In this document: positions 1-10,121 of the stretch, piece after piece
Layout: the number at the start of each line of letters is the position of its first letter
Position numbering within the stretch: the stretch's first letter is position 1
From: a virus
Length of the DNA: 64,000 bases
UHGV virus genome: UHGV-1370141
Reading direction: 5' to 3' (one strand)
The notes under the pieces: generated by a model
Seen by the model: the letters and a program-made list of their open reading frames with translations, nothing else
Database searches by the model: none
Told to the model about the DNA's origin: nothing
Made by a program: the position numbers and the translations under genes

Positions 1-417
1 TTGAAAACGATTTGGTTCGCAAGCCGTTTCAACCACAGCGTTCTGGTAAAAGAAACGTGATTTCTCATCGTCCTCTACCATCTTAAAGCCGTAGTTTTCA
101 AACTTACACCGATAAGGTGTTCCCTGCGTTAAGTAATGCTCGTAAAGCTTATACTCAATGCCAAATTCGGTGGCCGTACGATTAATAATAATGCGTAAAC
201 GCTCAGAAAAGTTCCTGTGGAAGATAAACGAGCGGAGAGAAGGTATATGCGCGTAATACGGATCGCCACGTTCAGTGAATATACGACCGTAATGCTTGCC
301 CATCTTAGGAGCGTGCATATGTTCTTCTGCCCACTTAAGTATCGCCGACTCTATCTGTCGGCACGGGACTTCAACCCTCACCCCCATGCTGGTAAAGGTC
401 ATGTGGAATTCGTACAT
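1..417 (-). CDS. hypothetical protein (partial; 3' end beyond left window edge)
   Basis: Minus-strand frame open from an ATG at about 417 to position 1 (hand translation MYEFHMTFTSMGVRVEV...); absent from ORF track because no stop in window; purine-rich SD-like GAGGGGA just upstream. Confidence 0.4.
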   Translation of the reverse strand, partial: MYEFHMTFTSMGVRVEVPCRQIESAILKWAEEHMHAPKMGKHYGRIFTERGDPYYAHIPSLRSFIFHRNFSERLRIIINRTATEFGIEYKLYEHYLTQGTPYRCKFENYGFKMVEDDEKSRFFYQNAVVETACEPNRFQ

Positions 418-420
418 GCT

Positions 421-456
421 CCCCTCTTACAAAAAAAGAGGGGCGCAGGCCCCTCT
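421..456 (-). terminator. intergenic GC-rich hairpin with T-run (minus orientation)
   Basis: Hairpin gaggggc-gca-gcccctc followed on minus strand by TTTTTTT, directly after the stop of the 460..2559 gene. Confidence 0.4.
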
Positions 457-459
457 CGT

Positions 460-2559
460 TTACTCAATAATCGTTGCTGCGACAGAATTGTCGTACAACG
501 AAGCAGGACGTTTACGTGACGTATAGAAACGTACGTTGTCCAAGTTCTTCTGCTGTCCCTCAAACAACAACATCGGGATTGCAGAACGCATCGCAATCAG
601 TGTATTGTGATCTTCGAAGCGTTTTCCTTCTGCGGCATCGGCATCCTCACTGTCAAACCCTACTGCCGGGAATGGGTTAGTAGGTGACTCAACACGAGAG
701 ATTGCCAACATAATCGCGATGTGCGTCATCGGAATCCCTTTGAGCTTACGTTGGATATATTTGAACACGTAGAACAACGCATGAGTACATTGTTTTTCCG
801 TGGCACCACGCATCTGAACGAGGGTAATCGGTTTAACCTTACCACTCTTCTTGCTCAAACGCATTGACTCGTCCGAGAACTGTTCGAAGTTATCTGACTT
901 GTCCGATGCTACCGAACGTAAAATCAATTCCAACCCTGCTACAAACTCCGCCATAGATTCAGACCGATTCGTATAAATTAGGATCGGCCAGGACGGTTTC
1001 CATCCTTTTAGCGGAACACGCACCGTTTTCTTGCTGGGGAATACGAGCTTATCACGATTCTTCAAGAAGAAGCGAAGGAACGACTTAGAGAAGTTACCGC
1101 AGACGCCCATTCGAACGTCAATCGGATCTTCTGCCAGGATGTTCCCTTCTGCATCTAAACGAACAAACGTAAGGTCATTAATTTCCGGGAGTGCCGTTTC
1201 ATCAATATCGTCCAGGTCTTCATGATACGCAATCTGGCTAATCTCTGAATAGACTTCATCCGAAATTACCAGTTGGTATTCATCCCAGGTACCGTATTGC
1301 GGCTTCTCCAGTAAACTAATCCCTTTAACGGAGTTGTGCTTATACTCCGTGAGATAATCACGCATTCTTGGCGACAAGACCAAGTTCAGCAGATAACGCA
1401 GGAAGTCAAGGTGTTTCGTCGACAGAATACCTTGAGTGCCCTTTTCTGAAATTGCGGTTGACGCAAGGTGACCCGGTGATGTGCCAGGTGACAGGTTATA
1501 AATCAAGTCACCCATACACGTTGCACAGATAGTCTGTCGTGACATCCCTTTGCAACACATCGCGGTACGGAACTCGATAGGTTTGTTCAAGACTTTCTCA
1601 AACTCACCGTCTTCGAATCGTAACCACGGACCACCAGTACCTTCGAAGCGATAACGCATTCCTTTCATCGCTTTGAATTTCGCTTCTTCCAACGGCGAAT
1701 TCGTAAAGGTGTGTCTGTGTACGTGATGTGTACCACAGTCTTCGTAATCGAAGAACATCAGCACGTTAGCCGCTAACTGCAACTTACGCGATGCGTACTC
1801 TGCGTCTGCAATCTTGTCGGTATTATACAGGTGAGAACGCGATGTCGCACCTGCTTCTTTCAGTCGACTGATAACAGAATGCAAGCCGGTGAAGAAACCT
1901 TCCCATACCTGGTTAGAGTACACACGGGAGTCAATCTCTGAAGTCTTACCACGAATGTAAGCCTGGAGAATCTGATCCATTTTCAGTGTGCGGTCTAACA
2001 CAGACATGACAACTGGGTTGTTTGAGAGTCTCGGATCTTTAAAGATTTTCTCAATGAGTTGATAGGCTTCTTCTACCTTATCGTTACCTTCCTCATCGTA
2101 ACCCGTCGGATAGAGTTTAGACCATTCGATAATCAGCTTGAAGTTTTCATGCTGATAAATCTCCATCATCGTATCGTAGTCAATGGTAACACAATACGAC
2201 AACAGGTTTTTCACCGTCAGGTTAAACGCGTTTGCATAAACGTGCTGCGATAACAGGTAACGGGTATCGGCCAGATCCACTCCGGCCTTACGTGCTGCTA
2301 CAGCTGCCAACGACATAAAGCGCAGATGCGCATCGTCAGTTGCCGTGTCGCCATGCTTATACGCCATGTTCGACGAGATTGGCACTTGGGGATAAAACTG
2401 GGTTAATCCCCAATACGGCCAGCTCAACTTAATGTGTCGACCAGACATTCTCAACGTGACCCCATCGTCGAAGGACACGTCGTAAACGCCCCGAAGTAGC
2501 CACACCTGATCCGAATTCAACTTGCACAAGTCTCTTACGTGAACCGGAGTCGCCTTCAT
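460..2559 (-). CDS. multisubunit RNA polymerase beta' subunit, C-terminal fragment (bridge helix + trigger loop region)
   Basis: AAVAARKAGVDLADTRYLL resembles the beta' bridge helix (GARKGLADTALKTA..YLTRRL); AISEKGTQGILSTKHLD resembles the trigger-loop segment SIGEPGTQLTMRTFH. Start overlaps stop of upstream gene (TAATG). Confidence 0.7.
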   Translation of the reverse strand: MKATPVHVRDLCKLNSDQVWLLRGVYDVSFDDGVTLRMSGRHIKLSWPYWGLTQFYPQVPISSNMAYKHGDTATDDAHLRFMSLAAVAARKAGVDLADTRYLLSQHVYANAFNLTVKNLLSYCVTIDYDTMMEIYQHENFKLIIEWSKLYPTGYDEEGNDKVEEAYQLIEKIFKDPRLSNNPVVMSVLDRTLKMDQILQAYIRGKTSEIDSRVYSNQVWEGFFTGLHSVISRLKEAGATSRSHLYNTDKIADAEYASRKLQLAANVLMFFDYEDCGTHHVHRHTFTNSPLEEAKFKAMKGMRYRFEGTGGPWLRFEDGEFEKVLNKPIEFRTAMCCKGMSRQTICATCMGDLIYNLSPGTSPGHLASTAISEKGTQGILSTKHLDFLRYLLNLVLSPRMRDYLTEYKHNSVKGISLLEKPQYGTWDEYQLVISDEVYSEISQIAYHEDLDDIDETALPEINDLTFVRLDAEGNILAEDPIDVRMGVCGNFSKSFLRFFLKNRDKLVFPSKKTVRVPLKGWKPSWPILIYTNRSESMAEFVAGLELILRSVASDKSDNFEQFSDESMRLSKKSGKVKPITLVQMRGATEKQCTHALFYVFKYIQRKLKGIPMTHIAIMLAISRVESPTNPFPAVGFDSEDADAAEGKRFEDHNTLIAMRSAIPMLLFEGQQKNLDNVRFYTSRKRPASLYDNSVAATIIE

Positions 2560-4799
2560 TATTCTTCGCCCCTTTTCATTTTCACCAATTCAAACCCTTC
2601 ACAGCTGTGAATGTTTTTCATCATTCTGTCAATCTGCGAATCTCCTAATGGGAGCTTATTCCGGTCTACCAGTACGCCCGGATTGGAAGGAGTTTGAGAT
2701 CGGTACAGCCCTACTAAAATCTCTCGATGCACAGCAGGGTTATTTGCCCTATCGTGAACCTCTTCGTAGTTACCTGGACCATAACCCGCTAATAGTCGTT
2801 CTTCCGAAGGACCAGCCCATTTCAGCGTTTTATAGTTTACCGGATACGAACCACGTCCTTGGTTAGACGCATCAATCGTGCCCAGGTAGTTCAGGTACAT
2901 CGACGAAATACTTGAGAATTCACGTCCCGTTTTATCAAGCCGTAATGTTTCTACACCACCCACGTAAAACTCGTCTTTTGTCCATTCCTGTTTACCATCG
3001 TAATTGGTAATAAGCAGTTTCGACTTACGGGGTTTAAACTCACCTAAACGTTCACTGATTTCCACCGGAGTGTCATCAAGTTCGTGAGGTAAGTAAATGC
3101 GGATGGTGAAATCGTAAATCTCTTTAAAGAGTTCTCGCTGCAAATCCTCCGTAGGATGCGTAGCCTGTAACGTGTTCGCCCATTCTGGATTATAGCGTGA
3201 AAGGTAGTCCATCAGGATTTCCCAACACTCGCCAATACGCCCTTCATCCAGCATCGGTTTAAGACGCATCTTCAGTTGTTCAGATGCTGCTGACCAATAC
3301 ATGTGGAACAGCGCGGCGTAAGTAGAACGACGAATTACGGCGTTCATTGAACGTAGTACGTGAACACGTTCGCCGAACTCGTTAATTGGCATCTGTTCAA
3401 CTGGCAGTACACGACCCACAATCCCTTTCGTACCCGAACGGTCGGTAATCTTAGAAGACACCGTCACCGGGATCGGATAACGTACCGCGATACGAATTGT
3501 GTACGTGTTGATAGGATCGCTTAATCCACGCTGAACAGGTGAAGTCAGTTTAGAGATAATCTGTTGACTTACGTTCTCTTTACCGTATTCGCCGCGACGA
3601 ATTGCATCTTCAATCACTCCGCGAATTTCTTCACGAAACTCTGCGTAGACTTCGTACGTTTCAGATGCGAAAGCTTTCTCCAGCAACACACACGCTTTGG
3701 GAGACCAGATAACGTTTTTATCTCTCGACACGGAGAAATAGAAGCGAACAATCGCATTGTAGTAGTCCTTTAACGCCAATGCGTATTTGTCAAGCTCACG
3801 TTTGTTCTCTTCAGTACAGTTAATGTTATTCGTTCCATTACCGCATGACGTTTCATCACGCCAAACCTGAATATCAACAATGCGTGTTCCGCTACGTTCC
3901 ATCAGTTCGTGGTTGTTTTCCAAACGTGCTTTATAGTGTATCGGATCGGCATCCACGTAATCACAGTTATCGAAGAACGGAGAAACGTGTTGGGTTTCTC
4001 CTAAGGTTGCATCGATCGCTGCGTACAGGTCATCGAAACGACGAGAAGCGATAACTAACCCGTCATCACGAATCGCTTCACCCACGTCTGGGAAATAGCG
4101 CGGTACACGATTCCCCTCGGGATCGTTATAGCCGTAGGTATCCAGCAAGAATTCATCTTCACGTAAGGTTTTCTCAATAACTTTCAACCCATACCCGTGA
4201 AGCTTCTGTGCCGCTTCTTCGGAAATCGTGTAGGAATCTTCGATAATGTCTGGATGTGAAATGGTAACCGTTGGCAGCACCGCACTGTCTGCGAATTCAC
4301 CATCCACCATGCACGGCATTGTCGTCAGGATTTCATCCTTTTCTAACTGGTCGGTTTCACCACGTAACAAACTGCGCAGTTTTGGCGATTCCCATTTCTC
4401 GGAAGAGAACACGTTATCGTGATTAGTATAAAAGTTAATCTCGATAACATCTATCATTGTTTTGCCCGGAATACGGCATTCTGCACGACGGAAGAATATC
4501 GCGTGTTCCAGCGCACGGGAATCCCCACGACGGCCATAACGGGTAAACGTTGCGCGACGTTGTCTACCTTCCTTAGTTGTGTAATGACAGATGCTCCCAC
4601 TGTCTTCCACAATATCGTTAAACAGAAAATCGTGGTAATTGGTATCTGCTCCCGTAAAGTGAGGTGACGGCTCAGGATGATCAATCGGCACCGAGGACTT
4701 CATATGGTTACCTACCATCGATGCCCTTGCACCTGACACCTGTGCGATATTAACTTCACGGTCAGCGACGCTGCTCAATAGCTCAACTGGCGTTTTCAT
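2559..4799 (-). CDS. multisubunit RNA polymerase beta subunit fragment (catalytic region)
   Basis: TDRSGTKGIVGRVLPVEQMP matches the beta motif NRHGNKGVISKINPIEDMP; YNDPEGNRVP resembles ETPEGPNIGL; translationally coupled to the downstream beta'-C gene. Confidence 0.75.
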   Translation of the reverse strand: MKTPVELLSSVADREVNIAQVSGARASMVGNHMKSSVPIDHPEPSPHFTGADTNYHDFLFNDIVEDSGSICHYTTKEGRQRRATFTRYGRRGDSRALEHAIFFRRAECRIPGKTMIDVIEINFYTNHDNVFSSEKWESPKLRSLLRGETDQLEKDEILTTMPCMVDGEFADSAVLPTVTISHPDIIEDSYTISEEAAQKLHGYGLKVIEKTLREDEFLLDTYGYNDPEGNRVPRYFPDVGEAIRDDGLVIASRRFDDLYAAIDATLGETQHVSPFFDNCDYVDADPIHYKARLENNHELMERSGTRIVDIQVWRDETSCGNGTNNINCTEENKRELDKYALALKDYYNAIVRFYFSVSRDKNVIWSPKACVLLEKAFASETYEVYAEFREEIRGVIEDAIRRGEYGKENVSQQIISKLTSPVQRGLSDPINTYTIRIAVRYPIPVTVSSKITDRSGTKGIVGRVLPVEQMPINEFGERVHVLRSMNAVIRRSTYAALFHMYWSAASEQLKMRLKPMLDEGRIGECWEILMDYLSRYNPEWANTLQATHPTEDLQRELFKEIYDFTIRIYLPHELDDTPVEISERLGEFKPRKSKLLITNYDGKQEWTKDEFYVGGVETLRLDKTGREFSSISSMYLNYLGTIDASNQGRGSYPVNYKTLKWAGPSEERLLAGYGPGNYEEVHDRANNPAVHREILVGLYRSQTPSNPGVLVDRNKLPLGDSQIDRMMKNIHSCEGFELVKMKRGEE

Positions 4800-4823
4800 T
4801 TTAATGCTCCTTTAGGTTGATTC

Positions 4824-4845
4824 GGTAGGATAATATCTATCTCAC
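4824..4845 (-). promoter_or_regulatory. recurrent promoter-like motif (coding strand GTGAGATAGATATTATCCTACC)
   Basis: About 30-40 nt upstream of the SD (AAAGGAG) of the beta-like gene; same motif recurs upstream of at least 7 other minus-strand genes. Coordinates approximate. Confidence 0.45.
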
Positions 4846-4862
4846 TTAATTTAGGAACAACT

Positions 4863-5186
4863 ATGCTTGAAGATTTTATTACCCTAAAAGAAATCATACC
4901 TGCGCCCTATACCAGCACCTGGAAAGTGCTGCACGATTACACAGATTTTCTGCGTAAACACCCACAAACTAAAGTAGAAACTGTAGACCCACGATTCAGT
5001 TATCCTGAGATTCACAATTTCTACGCTTATTGCAAACTGAAAGGTTATGCCGAAAACATCATCTACCCGATGATGCTACTCAATAACTTGGAAGACCCTA
5101 TGAACTTCACCCCTGAGATTACAGAGCTGATAGTTCCAGATGCCGGGGTCGTCGCCAGTATTCTTAGCACCATCGTAGACGATTAA
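4863..5186 (+). CDS. hypothetical protein
   Basis: 107-aa ORF on plus strand between divergent region and a bidirectional terminator; no recognisable motif. Confidence 0.4.
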   Translation: MLEDFITLKEIIPAPYTSTWKVLHDYTDFLRKHPQTKVETVDPRFSYPEIHNFYAYCKLKGYAENIIYPMMLLNNLEDPMNFTPEITELIVPDAGVVASILSTIVDD

Positions 5187-5215
5187 AAAAAGAAGGGACA
5201 CTGTCCCTTCTTTTT
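5185..5215. terminator. bidirectional rho-independent terminator
   Basis: Perfect hairpin gaagggacactgtcccttc flanked by A-run upstream and T-run downstream, between convergent genes. Confidence 0.65.
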
Positions 5216-5221
5216 ACTACC

Positions 5222-6601
5222 CTAGTACGAGCTCTTAAACGGACTCGTAGAAGCACTAGCAAATGGGTTGCTTGTACTACTACCAAATCCGCTAGACGAA
5301 CCAAACTGAGGCTGGCTGCCGAAAGAGCTGCCTCCGAATGATGAACCCCCGCCAAAAGAGTGCCCGCCACCAAACGTATTCGACAGCGAGTTCGGTTGAC
5401 CGAATCCACCTACGTCACCAAAACCGCTGTTCTTACGCTCGCCACCGAAAGCATCTACTACAGAAATCCGTCCTACCATTCCTGTACCAGCCAGGTTAGT
5501 TGTGTTGTGTTCTTCCACAAAACGCTGCATTGCTGGAGAAAGATTACCGAAGCTGTTCGTTGGAGTCATCCGTTGCTTACGCGCACGGAAGAACTCTACC
5601 GGATCGTCCAGGTTCGGCTTATCCGCATCAGACGCCTTCTTCGTCGGGATCTGTTCCGTTGCCGACGATCTGTCAATTCTGAACTCACGGGCACTGGTAT
5701 CACGCTCAGGATTGTCTGAACGTGGACCGGTGTTATACGGTAAGGTCTGGATGACATTATCGTAAATCTCCATGTTGTCCAGCTGTGAAATCCATTCATC
5801 GTCCAACGGGCGCAGTGGTGTGTGGTCACGTAGCCCTTTCACTACGTTATTGTAGTTTACCACGTACTGTGCCCAACCGCGTGCTAACGACCCGAAGTAC
5901 GGACGGGAATCGTTAGAACCGGTGACACTTGGATACCAACCGAACACAGTAGTCAGCAGGCGATGAATAATCACCTTATCCTGTTTACGTTGAAGCTTCA
6001 CCGAGAAGTACATTGCAGTACCGTCTAAGGATTCTTCTTCGAACATATGGCGATAATTAGCCACACGGTTAAACTTCACACCGTCGATAACTAAATCAGA
6101 TGCAATAAAGAGCTGGGTAACTTTGTGCTTTTTATCGCGCTCCAATAAGCCATAAACGTATTGTTTAACTGCTTCCCAGGATTTTACCAAACGATCGTCA
6201 AACGTCGGATCTTTCATCCCTTCACAAATCTGTTCCGTTAAGAACTTCTTGTACGCCGCAGAACGAATTGCTTTACCACTGGCAGCCGTTTCCAGAATAG
6301 CGTCAATCAACGCAAAGGAACGAATGAACAAATTCGCATTGATAGATTTCTTCAAGAAACGGATGGTGCCCGATTCACCGGCCAGCACAGATTCACAGAG
6401 AGGATGGAATGCCTGACATTCACGTCCATCGTCATCTTCCATTCCTTTCTTAATCATTGCCGACGTTGGAAGCGCCAGGCGGCGCTTCACTTTGTTGTAG
6501 GTAAATTCTGCTGGCTCACCGTCATCACGGGTAAGCAAATCGTTCTCGAAATCGAATCCTTGTGATTTAAGAAACGATTTATAGAATTCAATAATTTTCA
6601 T
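5222..6601 (-). CDS. hypothetical protein with C-terminal FG-repeat low-complexity tail
   Basis: 459-aa ORF; last ~90 aa contain ~9 FG dipeptides in S/G/N/Q-rich spacers (AFGG, GFGD, GGFGQ, TFGGG, SFGGG, SFGGS, SFGS, QFGSS, GFGSS). Confidence 0.65.
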   Translation of the reverse strand: MKIIEFYKSFLKSQGFDFENDLLTRDDGEPAEFTYNKVKRRLALPTSAMIKKGMEDDDGRECQAFHPLCESVLAGESGTIRFLKKSINANLFIRSFALIDAILETAASGKAIRSAAYKKFLTEQICEGMKDPTFDDRLVKSWEAVKQYVYGLLERDKKHKVTQLFIASDLVIDGVKFNRVANYRHMFEEESLDGTAMYFSVKLQRKQDKVIIHRLLTTVFGWYPSVTGSNDSRPYFGSLARGWAQYVVNYNNVVKGLRDHTPLRPLDDEWISQLDNMEIYDNVIQTLPYNTGPRSDNPERDTSAREFRIDRSSATEQIPTKKASDADKPNLDDPVEFFRARKQRMTPTNSFGNLSPAMQRFVEEHNTTNLAGTGMVGRISVVDAFGGERKNSGFGDVGGFGQPNSLSNTFGGGHSFGGGSSFGGSSFGSQPQFGSSSGFGSSTSNPFASASTSPFKSSY

Positions 6602-6622
6602 TTATTAATCCTTGATATTTTT

Positions 6623-8326
6623 TTACTCGCCGAAAGCGCCGAATACACCGCCTGCGGTGGAAATGTTGTCAGGAGCACCAAAGCTACCGAAAGAACCGAA
6701 GCTATTGGTAGGCGCAGCCGCTGCCGTAGGAATGTTGGACAGGATATTAGTCCGGTTTTGTCCACGGTTGAATTCCTGATAACCTTCTTCTACTTTGTTC
6801 ATCAGCTGTGCCGTTTCAACAGCCAACTGATTGGTGTAGTTAAGGTCAGTTGTCACCCCACTGTGGATACGCGCTTTCATGAACGATGCGAAAGTGTAAT
6901 ACTCAGGCATCTCACCATCGAGTTCAATCTCAATGCGCGTTACCACACCAACGATACAAGTTACTGTCATGCAGCAACGGATACGGTTGTGTTTGGTCAC
7001 TTGTAGCATCAAACCTTGGAGATCGCTCATGAAACGACGTGCTAATACATCCGGCAAACCTTCGTCTGTTAATGCACCGAGAGTGTGGTGAGCAACTTGC
7101 AGCATCGGTTGTGTGGAAATATCCGCCATGCGGTTATCGTAGAAGAAGGTAATCTCACCAATCAAGTTACGGGACACGATTGGGCCGAGTACCATCGCCA
7201 AATCAAACGCAACCAGAGAACCTTGGGTAGAATAGTTATTACGTCCTACCCAATCGTCGGTACGTTCAATCTCACCGAAACCACGGCGGTCAGCTACCGC
7301 TAGAGATTGCGAAATCGCAATATCCAAATCTTGCGGGTTCATGATTGCGTTACGCAAATCAGCTAACTTAAACGCTGCGCGGTTGACTGCGTTCCAACCA
7401 CCAGACACATCCGACGTCGCGTTCGTTAACGCGGCACGGAAAGCACGGATCAGTTCGTAGTTATTGAAATTGCGCATTACCCCGATTTGGTTCAGCTCAG
7501 ATTCCACGCCAAGAGAATGGTCACCTGCAAAGAAGCTGTCTACCGTGCTCAGCTCTGTTTCAATCCCCATCGTGTTGATGAAAGAATTCGCAATCGCTGT
7601 AACAAAAGACTCAGGACGAGTCAGTTGACCAGACATCAGCTGCGGCGCGGATTGACAGTTCGCAGAGATAACCGTTTGGTCATCGTAAGTGAACTTCTCA
7701 CCTGCGTTAATCAGATTACGAATCGTGGATGCTGCTTTTGCAGTAGAGATTGCATCGATGGTGTGTTCACTGTAGCTATCTACTGTCAGAGTTTTAGACA
7801 GCACGTAGTTATCAACCAGACGGAAAGAATCTGGGTTGATACGACGTCCCCCGAACGCATCGGTAATGTACGTACACTGCAAGCCGTAGATTTCATTGAT
7901 GTATAACACCATGTCATCTGGCAGGTGGTTAAATACGGAACGCTCTGCCTGGGAGGTATAACCCGAGACGACATAACGGGTTTCCTGCGTACGACTTTCG
8001 TTAATCACGTTACCTACGATAATCGCAACGAAGTTATACACGCCAGTGTCACGGGAATTATACTGGAATTGTACCGGACGAGATTCATCATCGCTTACGT
8101 TAATCAGCGGAGTTTCAACGCCGGTCGGAGTATTATCAAACCCTACAATCTGCCCTAACGCTTCTTGATAATCTCGAGTCTTGGTCGCATTCTCGCCGTG
8201 TTGCGCCACAACGTTTACGAGTTCATCTAAAGCGTACTTAGATTCAAAGAACCCAATACGACGACGAATCTGTTTAGGAATTTCGTACACTGGGTTGATT
8301 TGAAGCTTTAGAAGTTTCATTGCCAT
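6623..8326 (-). CDS. hypothetical protein with short C-terminal FG-repeat tail
   Basis: 567-aa ORF ending NSFGSFGSFGAPDNISTAGGVFGAFGE; SD AAAGGAG upstream of ATG. Confidence 0.65.
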   Translation of the reverse strand: MAMKLLKLQINPVYEIPKQIRRRIGFFESKYALDELVNVVAQHGENATKTRDYQEALGQIVGFDNTPTGVETPLINVSDDESRPVQFQYNSRDTGVYNFVAIIVGNVINESRTQETRYVVSGYTSQAERSVFNHLPDDMVLYINEIYGLQCTYITDAFGGRRINPDSFRLVDNYVLSKTLTVDSYSEHTIDAISTAKAASTIRNLINAGEKFTYDDQTVISANCQSAPQLMSGQLTRPESFVTAIANSFINTMGIETELSTVDSFFAGDHSLGVESELNQIGVMRNFNNYELIRAFRAALTNATSDVSGGWNAVNRAAFKLADLRNAIMNPQDLDIAISQSLAVADRRGFGEIERTDDWVGRNNYSTQGSLVAFDLAMVLGPIVSRNLIGEITFFYDNRMADISTQPMLQVAHHTLGALTDEGLPDVLARRFMSDLQGLMLQVTKHNRIRCCMTVTCIVGVVTRIEIELDGEMPEYYTFASFMKARIHSGVTTDLNYTNQLAVETAQLMNKVEEGYQEFNRGQNRTNILSNIPTAAAAPTNSFGSFGSFGAPDNISTAGGVFGAFGE

Positions 8327-8359
8327 TTTGTAAATACTCCTTTAGGTTATGCCGATAAA

Positions 8360-10021
8360 TTACTGATTAAACCACGCCACTTCTTCACATTTCTTCCTGT
8401 TCTGAATTAACAGGAATTCTGCTAACATGTTCTGAAGTCGTGGGTGTGGTGTGTAGCCTAACATCACTTCTCCACTCCGAAGCATTCTTGCTGCTTCAGG
8501 TGTTGCCCTGAGATTGAAGTTAAACGGCGCAATATGTTCACGTACCAACAACGTCAAAGACGTCTTCAATGTTGACTGTTCGTAGATATTGCGATTGGTA
8601 CGGTATGCCTGAGGATAAAATCTATCCGATTTTATTTTGATCTCATTATCAATAGGTTCGATTGGATAACCCCCATTGTTGGGATCTAAAACCATTTCAC
8701 AGCTTAGCAACTGTGCAATCTCATGCATTCCGTAGTAGATATAAATCGCTTGTGCGATCCCCATTGCATTCTTAAACGCAGCAGCGTCAATGTCCTTATA
8801 GGTTCTGCGGTCAGCAAAGCGATGCAGTGCGGCTGCAACCAACCACTCGTACAGTTCGTAGAACGGATATTGATGATTCAGGTGAATAGAATCAATCAGT
8901 ACCTTAGCATCCGCAGGAGCGATATCGATCCCTAAGGAACGAACCACACGACGATAATCGTTGAAAAACTCTTGGGTACGAACAAACTCTTTCATCGGCG
9001 CTTTAGAGCGCGCTTGAACCAAGTCTATCGCACAAGTTTTCCCTTTCTCACCGTTAAACATAATCTTTTCAGGATGCGCTTTTAAGATGACGTTCTGTGA
9101 CGAAATCTTTCCTGCAAATCCTGTTTCGATTTCCTGCTTGATATTAAAGTACATCCCTGCAACGATGTTGTTCTCCACCATCGTACCTGGAGGTAACTCT
9201 GCGCCGATGAGTTTCATGGCGATTAAGCGAATCACCGCGAATGCCATGATGTACTCTTCCACCATATCCGTACCGTAACCACAGATAGAGGCCAGCACCG
9301 TTAAGTTCGCACTGTTCGGTCCTTTATTGCCACCGTCCTGTACTTTCGAAATCACCGACACTAAGAAGTCCCGCAATTTACTGATTGCAGGTAGTTGTGC
9401 TATCTCGGTGTCGTAAAGCAATTCCATGCAATGGGTTAAGTTATAAACGCTTTTCCGCTTGGAGTCCACAGCGGCGCGTGTTGTTGGGAAAGCATCCATG
9501 ACCAAGAATACCGGAATGAACGGTTTTACCATCAACGACAGTATGACCAGTTCGTAGTAGTCTTGTACGATATACGTCATCTCTTTCGGATAGTTAGATG
9601 ACATTTCTTCGTAAGTTTCGTGGACGTTTTGAGGAATCCACACGGAGCTTTGTGGATAGAGTTGGCGGAATCTGTCCGCGTGGTGGAATTTGGCAATTTG
9701 TGCAACAATCTCTGGCGCATGTTTACGAATCGTTTCGGGTTCTTCATTACCCAGCATTTCTAACTCTTCGTACGCCGAGAATAATTCTTCCTTTTCCTCC
9801 GACGTTAACGTTGACCAATAACGTTCGATTTCCATGAACATAATTTTGTCATGGGTAACCACTTTGCCGGAGCTATCGCGTACGTCTGGCACATTCGCAT
9901 CTTTGCGTCCATTACGGAATCCGTTAAACCCTACTTCCTTATCACCGTAACTAATAATGAGACGGTCGCGATTTTTCTCAATACGCATTTTAAAATCTCC
10001 AGGGATAACATAGTCGACCAC
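8360..10021 (-). CDS. hypothetical protein
   Basis: 553-aa ORF; track start is GTG at 10021, a more plausible start is the ATG at about 9988 (M12) preceded by GGAG. Confidence 0.6.
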   Translation of the reverse strand: MVDYVIPGDFKMRIEKNRDRLIISYGDKEVGFNGFRNGRKDANVPDVRDSSGKVVTHDKIMFMEIERYWSTLTSEEKEELFSAYEELEMLGNEEPETIRKHAPEIVAQIAKFHHADRFRQLYPQSSVWIPQNVHETYEEMSSNYPKEMTYIVQDYYELVILSLMVKPFIPVFLVMDAFPTTRAAVDSKRKSVYNLTHCMELLYDTEIAQLPAISKLRDFLVSVISKVQDGGNKGPNSANLTVLASICGYGTDMVEEYIMAFAVIRLIAMKLIGAELPPGTMVENNIVAGMYFNIKQEIETGFAGKISSQNVILKAHPEKIMFNGEKGKTCAIDLVQARSKAPMKEFVRTQEFFNDYRRVVRSLGIDIAPADAKVLIDSIHLNHQYPFYELYEWLVAAALHRFADRRTYKDIDAAAFKNAMGIAQAIYIYYGMHEIAQLLSCEMVLDPNNGGYPIEPIDNEIKIKSDRFYPQAYRTNRNIYEQSTLKTSLTLLVREHIAPFNFNLRATPEAARMLRSGEVMLGYTPHPRLQNMLAEFLLIQNRKKCEEVAWFNQ

Positions 10022-10022
10022 A

Positions 10023-10045
10023 AAGATAAAATCTATCTAAGATAA
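10023..10045 (-). promoter_or_regulatory. recurrent promoter-like motif (coding strand TTAGATAGATTTTATC)
   Basis: Variant of the GATAGATATTATC motif immediately upstream of the 8360..10021 gene. Approximate. Confidence 0.35.
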
Positions 10046-10077
10046 CTTCGACTGTGTTCTGCACACATACACGATAA

Positions 10078-10114
10078 GAAGCCCCAGGATTCCCTGGGGC
10101 TGAATTATTGTTTT
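10078..10114. terminator. candidate terminator hairpin
   Basis: Hairpin gccccagg-attc-cctggggc with T-rich flank, just downstream of the 10122..10763 gene. Confidence 0.35.
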
Positions 10115-10121
10115 ACGTTAA

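Noticed and set aside
217-596. Short ORFs at 217..519 (+), 296..526 (+) and 399..596 (-)
   Set aside because: They overlap the partial minus-strand gene and the beta'-C gene with its terminator hairpin, and have no translation signals.
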